A DNA stretch of 64,000 bases from Synechococcus sp. (GTDB lineage: Bacteria > Cyanobacteriota > Cyanobacteriia > Thermostichales > PCC-7336), in the NCBI GenBank assembly GCA_051439425.1, contig JBFRWD010000103.1, positions 1 through 64,000 of the forward strand, in the 5' to 3' direction. The position numbers and the translations under genes are program-made. Of this stretch, positions 59,563-64,000 are shown in pieces (position 1 is the stretch's first letter; every line of letters begins with the position of its first letter). The notes below the pieces were generated by a model that saw only the letters and a program-made list of their open reading frames with translations, was not told the origin of the DNA and did no database searches.

Positions 59563-60864
59563 GTGTTGAGGGATCGAGTTGTGAATGCGTTTGAGAGTTT
59601 GTCCACCGGGGTAAATTACCTGTTACTGAGTGGCGCATTGGTGGTGGGGCTGGCAACAATAGTCCTCATGCTGGAAGCATTAGCGGCTGTAGTCGCAACC
59701 GTCGAGAGAAAGCTAAAAGGCTCCTTTAAAGGGCGCGCGAACATTGAGGGGGCGAACTCGCCATTCAGTCTGGCAGTATTAATTCCGGCTCATAACGAAG
59801 CTGACAGCATCGCATCTGTGGTCAGTGAAGCTAAGCTGCAATTAACCACCGGCGATCGCCTCATTGTTGTGGCCGACAACTGTACAGATAAGACAGCAGA
59901 TATTGCCCGTTCTTGCGGAGCCGAAACCATTGAACGATGGGATTTGGAGCGGCGTGGCAAAGGATATGCGGTTGATTTCGGCGTTCAGTACTTGAGTGCA
60001 AGTCCACCAGAGATTGTGGTTATGTTGGATGCCGACTGTCACATTAACGAGCAAGGGATTTCCCACATTGCTCAACTGGCCTACGAAACAGATAGACCGA
60101 TTCAGGCGATGTACATACTCGACCCTCCTGTTCAAGAAGCGGGAAAAGGGGAAAATATCAGTCCGAAGACAGCCCTATCAGCCTTTGCGTTTCGGGTGAA
60201 AAACTATGTCCGTCCGTTTGGACTCAATCGCCTGGGAATGCCCTGCTTGCTGAACGGCACGGGGATGGCCATACCGTGGGATGGGTTAATTCAAGTTGAC
60301 GTTGCCAGCGGAAATCTTGTTGAAGACATGAAGCTGGGCATCGATTTAGCCCTGAAGGGCTATGCGCCCCAATTTTGCGGTGATGTTCATGTAATTGGTA
60401 CGTTGCCCGATCGCCAAGATGACGCCAAGACTCAGCGTCGTCGTTGGGAACACGGTCATCTCATCACCATGCTGACGGATGTTCCTCGCTTATTGGTGGC
60501 TGCCTTGAAGCAGGGGCGATTCGACCTATTGGCATTGGCACTTGAAGTCAGCATCCCACCTTTATCGCTATTAGTCCTACTGTGGGCTGCACTAGCGGCG
60601 ATCGCTAGCGGATGGTCGGTATTTCTGGGGATCGGCTGGCCGATGCTGCTGTTAGGGGGGATCGGGGGATGTCTGATTGTGGCTGTGTTGGGAGGTTGGG
60701 TGCTGGTTGGCCGTCAAATTATGCCCTTTAAGATGCTGCTGTCCGTACCGCTCTACATTTTGTGGAAAATCCCGCTGTATGTCGGATTTGTCGGGAAGCG
60801 GGAACGGCGCTGGGTACGGACAAAGCGTGCCTCAGAAGTCACGGCAGTAGCCAATCCCGAATAG
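59563..60864 (+). CDS. Glycosyltransferase family 2
   Basis: VLIPAHNE, VADNCTD, GKG, DAD, LVED, QRRRW. Confidence 0.93.
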   Translation: MLRDRVVNAFESLSTGVNYLLLSGALVVGLATIVLMLEALAAVVATVERKLKGSFKGRANIEGANSPFSLAVLIPAHNEADSIASVVSEAKLQLTTGDRLIVVADNCTDKTADIARSCGAETIERWDLERRGKGYAVDFGVQYLSASPPEIVVMLDADCHINEQGISHIAQLAYETDRPIQAMYILDPPVQEAGKGENISPKTALSAFAFRVKNYVRPFGLNRLGMPCLLNGTGMAIPWDGLIQVDVASGNLVEDMKLGIDLALKGYAPQFCGDVHVIGTLPDRQDDAKTQRRRWEHGHLITMLTDVPRLLVAALKQGRFDLLALALEVSIPPLSLLVLLWAALAAIASGWSVFLGIGWPMLLLGGIGGCLIVAVLGGWVLVGRQIMPFKMLLSVPLYILWKIPLYVGFVGKRERRWVRTKRASEVTAVANPE

Positions 60865-60921
60865 CAACAATTTGCATAAACGGTCTCTCTCCTTTAAGTA
60901 GCCCCTAACCCCAGTACAACC

Positions 60922-62310
60922 ATGGCATCTTCCTTCGCCAGGCTGAGCAACGTAGCATCTAATTTCTCGCTCAAGAGCGCTGCTGTGCGTGGTGGGCTGT
61001 GGACGATTGCGGCATTTGGTTCTCAACAGGTGTTGAGATTTGGCGGCAACATTGTCTTGACTCGGCTACTAGTACCCGAATTTTTTGGGTTGATGGCGCT
61101 AGTCAACTCAATGCGCATCGGCTTGGAGTTATTCTCTGATGTTGGGATCTCCCACAATATCGTCCACAGTCCGCGGGGGGATGACCCGAAATTTCTGAAT
61201 ACGGCGTGGAGTCTGCAGATTATCCGAGGAGTGATGCTGTGGATGGCCTGCTGGGCGATCGCTCGACCGTTGGCAGACTTTTACGACAGTCCTCAGCTAG
61301 TTGCGTTGGTTCCAGTGGTCTGTTCAACCATGCTGCTAGCAGGGATGAGTTCGACTAAGCGCTATCTGCTCAACCGCAGAATGTCTCTAGGGAAGGTAAC
61401 CGCATTAGAGTTAAGCCAGCAACTGGTGTCATTGGTGGCAATGATTGCTTGGGCTGTATTCCATCCCAGTGTCTGGGCATTAGTCGCAGGATCGGTGGCA
61501 GGAGGAATATATAAGCTCCTCTCTACTCATTTTCTCATTCCTGGTAGGCCTGACCGGTTGGGCTGGGATAGCAGTGCCGTTCGCGAAATTGTGTCCTTTG
61601 GAAAGTGGGTGTTCATCGCCTCAATCGCGATGTTTTTAGCCGAGCAAACCGATCGCTTTTTTCTCGGCAAGCTGCTGTCACTAGAGACCTTGGGGGTGTT
61701 TACCATTGCGTTTACGCTGGCGGAAATTCCCAAGCGGATTTTGAAGCGAATTGGTACGGCTGTGATTTTTCCGCTGGTATCGCGACGGTCTCAGATGCCG
61801 CGCCAGCAATTGCGACAGGTGTTTTTAGCGAAGCGTCAATTTGTCTTAGCAGGAGTGATGGTATTACTGCTGCTGTTAGTGGGGGGGGGGGATGTGCTGG
61901 TGAGCTTTTTGTATGACGATCGCTATCGCGCTGCCACCTGGGCTCTGCCCATTTTGGCTTTGGGGGCATGGCTGTCTGCGCTGTACTGCACCAGTAGTCC
62001 CTGTTTATTGGGAATTGGCAAACCTTACTATAACGCCCTCAGTAATGGTGCGCGGTTCATCGCGATTCTGGTGGGGATTCCGGTGGGATTTCACGCCTTC
62101 GGACAAGTTGGGGCGATTGTGGCAATTGCGCTCAGCGATGTGCCCACCTACCTGACGAACCAGCGGGGGTTGTGGAAGGAGCAGCTATCAACGATTCGAC
62201 AGGATTTGGCGTTCACTCTGATGTTTGCTGTTTTACTGGCGCTTGTGCTCGTGCTCCGTTTTGCTTGGTGGGGATCGCTACCGATTGACGCTTTGTGGGT
62301 TGCAGCCTGA
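60922..62310 (+). CDS. wzx: Oligosaccharide flippase (Wzx)
   Basis: VRGG.W, LTRLL.PE.FG, SDVG, NTAW, FGKW, DRF.LGK; many TM helices. Confidence 0.9.
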   Translation: MASSFARLSNVASNFSLKSAAVRGGLWTIAAFGSQQVLRFGGNIVLTRLLVPEFFGLMALVNSMRIGLELFSDVGISHNIVHSPRGDDPKFLNTAWSLQIIRGVMLWMACWAIARPLADFYDSPQLVALVPVVCSTMLLAGMSSTKRYLLNRRMSLGKVTALELSQQLVSLVAMIAWAVFHPSVWALVAGSVAGGIYKLLSTHFLIPGRPDRLGWDSSAVREIVSFGKWVFIASIAMFLAEQTDRFFLGKLLSLETLGVFTIAFTLAEIPKRILKRIGTAVIFPLVSRRSQMPRQQLRQVFLAKRQFVLAGVMVLLLLLVGGGDVLVSFLYDDRYRAATWALPILALGAWLSALYCTSSPCLLGIGKPYYNALSNGARFIAILVGIPVGFHAFGQVGAIVAIALSDVPTYLTNQRGLWKEQLSTIRQDLAFTLMFAVLLALVLVLRFAWWGSLPIDALWVAA

Positions 62311-62418
62311 GGCTGGCGACTGCGGTTCGATTGGCACAACGGCTTTAGCAAACGTCTTTAGACACGTAGTCCAGCTCGTGGTTTTCCAGTCAGGTATATG
62401 TGATTTGGAGCATCGAAC

Positions 62419-62800
62419 GTGAACTTACAGAAGCTCAAATCTAGATATCTACGCACGAAGTGGGTGTTGCAATCTCCGATGTGGATCGCCATCTGGAGCG
62501 AGCACGTGAATTTCCTGTGGTACGGCACCAAAAACTGGTGGGATGCTCTCAATCCAGTCCTGATTAAGTTGTTGTCGGGGCGCAAAGCCAGCCCCAAGCC
62601 ATTGGAGCGATGCGCGGTTCCCTTACTGCTGCTCGCGTGCGTGCCTTGGGGGGGGATTGTCCCGACGTTGATGGCGTCCTGCCCAGCGACTGCCGCGTTT
62701 CTATCGTCCAGTTGTTCGGAAGCGCGATCGCTTGGGGATCGTGCCTCACTATCTCGCTCGCAGCGCTCCAGTGTGGTTGGAAATTTCGCAGCGAATTCTG
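62419..62800 (+). pseudogene. Degraded polysaccharide pyruvyl transferase
   Basis: Three frames give NWWDALNPVLIKLLSG / AMRGSLTAARVRALGGDCPDVDG / PAQRLPRFYRPVVRKRDRLGIVPHY. Confidence 0.75.
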
Positions 62801-62908
62801 AGGATTGGAAGCTTGCCTATTTTCCCAAGCCAACCGATCGTCATCCGTCCCGACGGCCAGCCTTTATTAGTTCTCCCGCTCACTTGCTCTGCACTTAAGG
62901 TACCTTCC

Positions 62909-64000
62909 GTGACAGCAATTGCTATTGGCATCCTGGCTCACAATGAAGAGCAGACCATTGCTCGTACGCTAGAGTCGCTGTTCTCCCAGTCTATTTTTTT
63001 TCCTGCGGCTCCTAGCAGGAAGTCTCCTGTAGCTCCTACTGACTCAGCTCCGGCTCTAACAGTGCCCGAGCAAGATACAACCGAGCCACTGTCACATCGA
63101 CTGTCTGATGTGACAGTGGACCTTACGATTGTGGCGAACGGCTGCCGAGATCGCACGGTAGACGTTTGCCGGGAGACACTGGCACGTTTGACGGTCGGTC
63201 TATCGACCGAGATGCTGTCGTGGCAGGTGCAGGATGTACCCGAAGCTGGGAAGAGCAACGCCTGGAATCTATTCGTGCATCGCTATTCATCACCTCAGGT
63301 GGATTACCTGTGTCTAATGGATGCGGATATTGAGTTTTTGCAGCCGGACACGATCGAACGGGCGATCTCCCACTTGCAGCAGCATCCCGAAACTAGGGTG
63401 GCAACGGATTTGCCACTCAAGGATATTGCTCTGAAGCCATCTCGGGGCGTTTTGGAGCGAGTATCTCTGCTAGCTCCGGAGCCGAAATCTAGCGCCATCT
63501 GCGGCCAGTTTTATTGCGGACGTGCCAGTGCCTTGCGGCACATCTGGATGCCTAAAGGATTGCCAGTGGAAGATGGGTTTATTCGGGCGATGGTCGTGAC
63601 CGCTTGCTTCACGGAACCTGGGAAGCCGGAGCGGGTGCAACGGGTGGAGGGGGCGTCCCATCGATACGAAGCCTATGTCGGATTGCTGCCATTGTTGCGG
63701 CACGAGTACCGACTGGTGGTAGGGGTTTTGCTGAATTCAGTGTTATTCCGGCACTTTTGGGCCACCAGCACCCCTGCATTGGATGCGGCTCAGATGGTTC
63801 GTAACTATAACGAGCGCGATCCCAATTGGGTGCCGCAATTCTTAATCGACCGGGCTCGTCAGGCACCCTTCGGGTGGCTGGTACCGTCTGGCATGCTCTT
63901 TCGCCGCTTTCAGTCGCGGCGACCAGGGGGACCAGCAGTGCTGCGCTGGTTGTTGGCTTTGGGGTTGTTCGCAGTCGACGCCTTCTTGATGGTGCGGGCC
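62909..64000 (+). CDS. Glycosyltransferase family 2, runs off the window end
   Basis: GTG start; IGILAHNEE.TI, VANGC.D.T, GKSNAWN, MDADI; absent from the track presumably because no stop lies in the window. Confidence 0.88.
   Translation, partial: MTAIAIGILAHNEEQTIARTLESLFSQSIFFPAAPSRKSPVAPTDSAPALTVPEQDTTEPLSHRLSDVTVDLTIVANGCRDRTVDVCRETLARLTVGLSTEMLSWQVQDVPEAGKSNAWNLFVHRYSSPQVDYLCLMDADIEFLQPDTIERAISHLQQHPETRVATDLPLKDIALKPSRGVLERVSLLAPEPKSSAICGQFYCGRASALRHIWMPKGLPVEDGFIRAMVVTACFTEPGKPERVQRVEGASHRYEAYVGLLPLLRHEYRLVVGVLLNSVLFRHFWATSTPALDAAQMVRNYNERDPNWVPQFLIDRARQAPFGWLVPSGMLFRRFQSRRPGGPAVLRWLLALGLFAVDAFLMVRA

Noticed and set aside
62419..62898. 159-aa ORF as a genuine gene
   Set aside because: Only the first ~57 codons are family-like; the rest is out-of-frame pseudogene sequence.

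Overview
Core-chromosome window from a cyanobacterium (HIP1 octamer GCGATCGC throughout; psaD, ndhP, furC, menC/menE). It carries tRNA-Thr/Tyr/Cys, housekeeping genes (argS, leuB, cobK, queA, queG, uppP, fabG, selO, sixA), three cation/proton antiporters, and the start of an exopolysaccharide cluster at the right end. Main points of interest: (1) an AT-rich two-gene insert downstream of argS, with no HIP1 site seen by eye. It encodes a DUF4062 (TIR/NDT-like) protein and a protein with two Lrp/AsnC-like repeats plus a C-terminal RxxxxH HEPN-like region, and is a candidate undescribed nucleotide-signalling anti-phage system. (2) Two families of ~95-105 bp dispersed non-coding elements with TATA-like ends and internal inverted repeats (covarying in family 1); they stack in tandem sharing 4 nt and supply stop codons to host genes. 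(3) MshEN-like (c-di-GMP) repeats fused to a WecG glycosyltransferase, and tandem tail-anchored receiver proteins before the EPS cluster. (4) A nonsense-interrupted tldD and a decayed polysaccharide pyruvyl transferase. All domain calls are from motif recognition by eye, not database searches.
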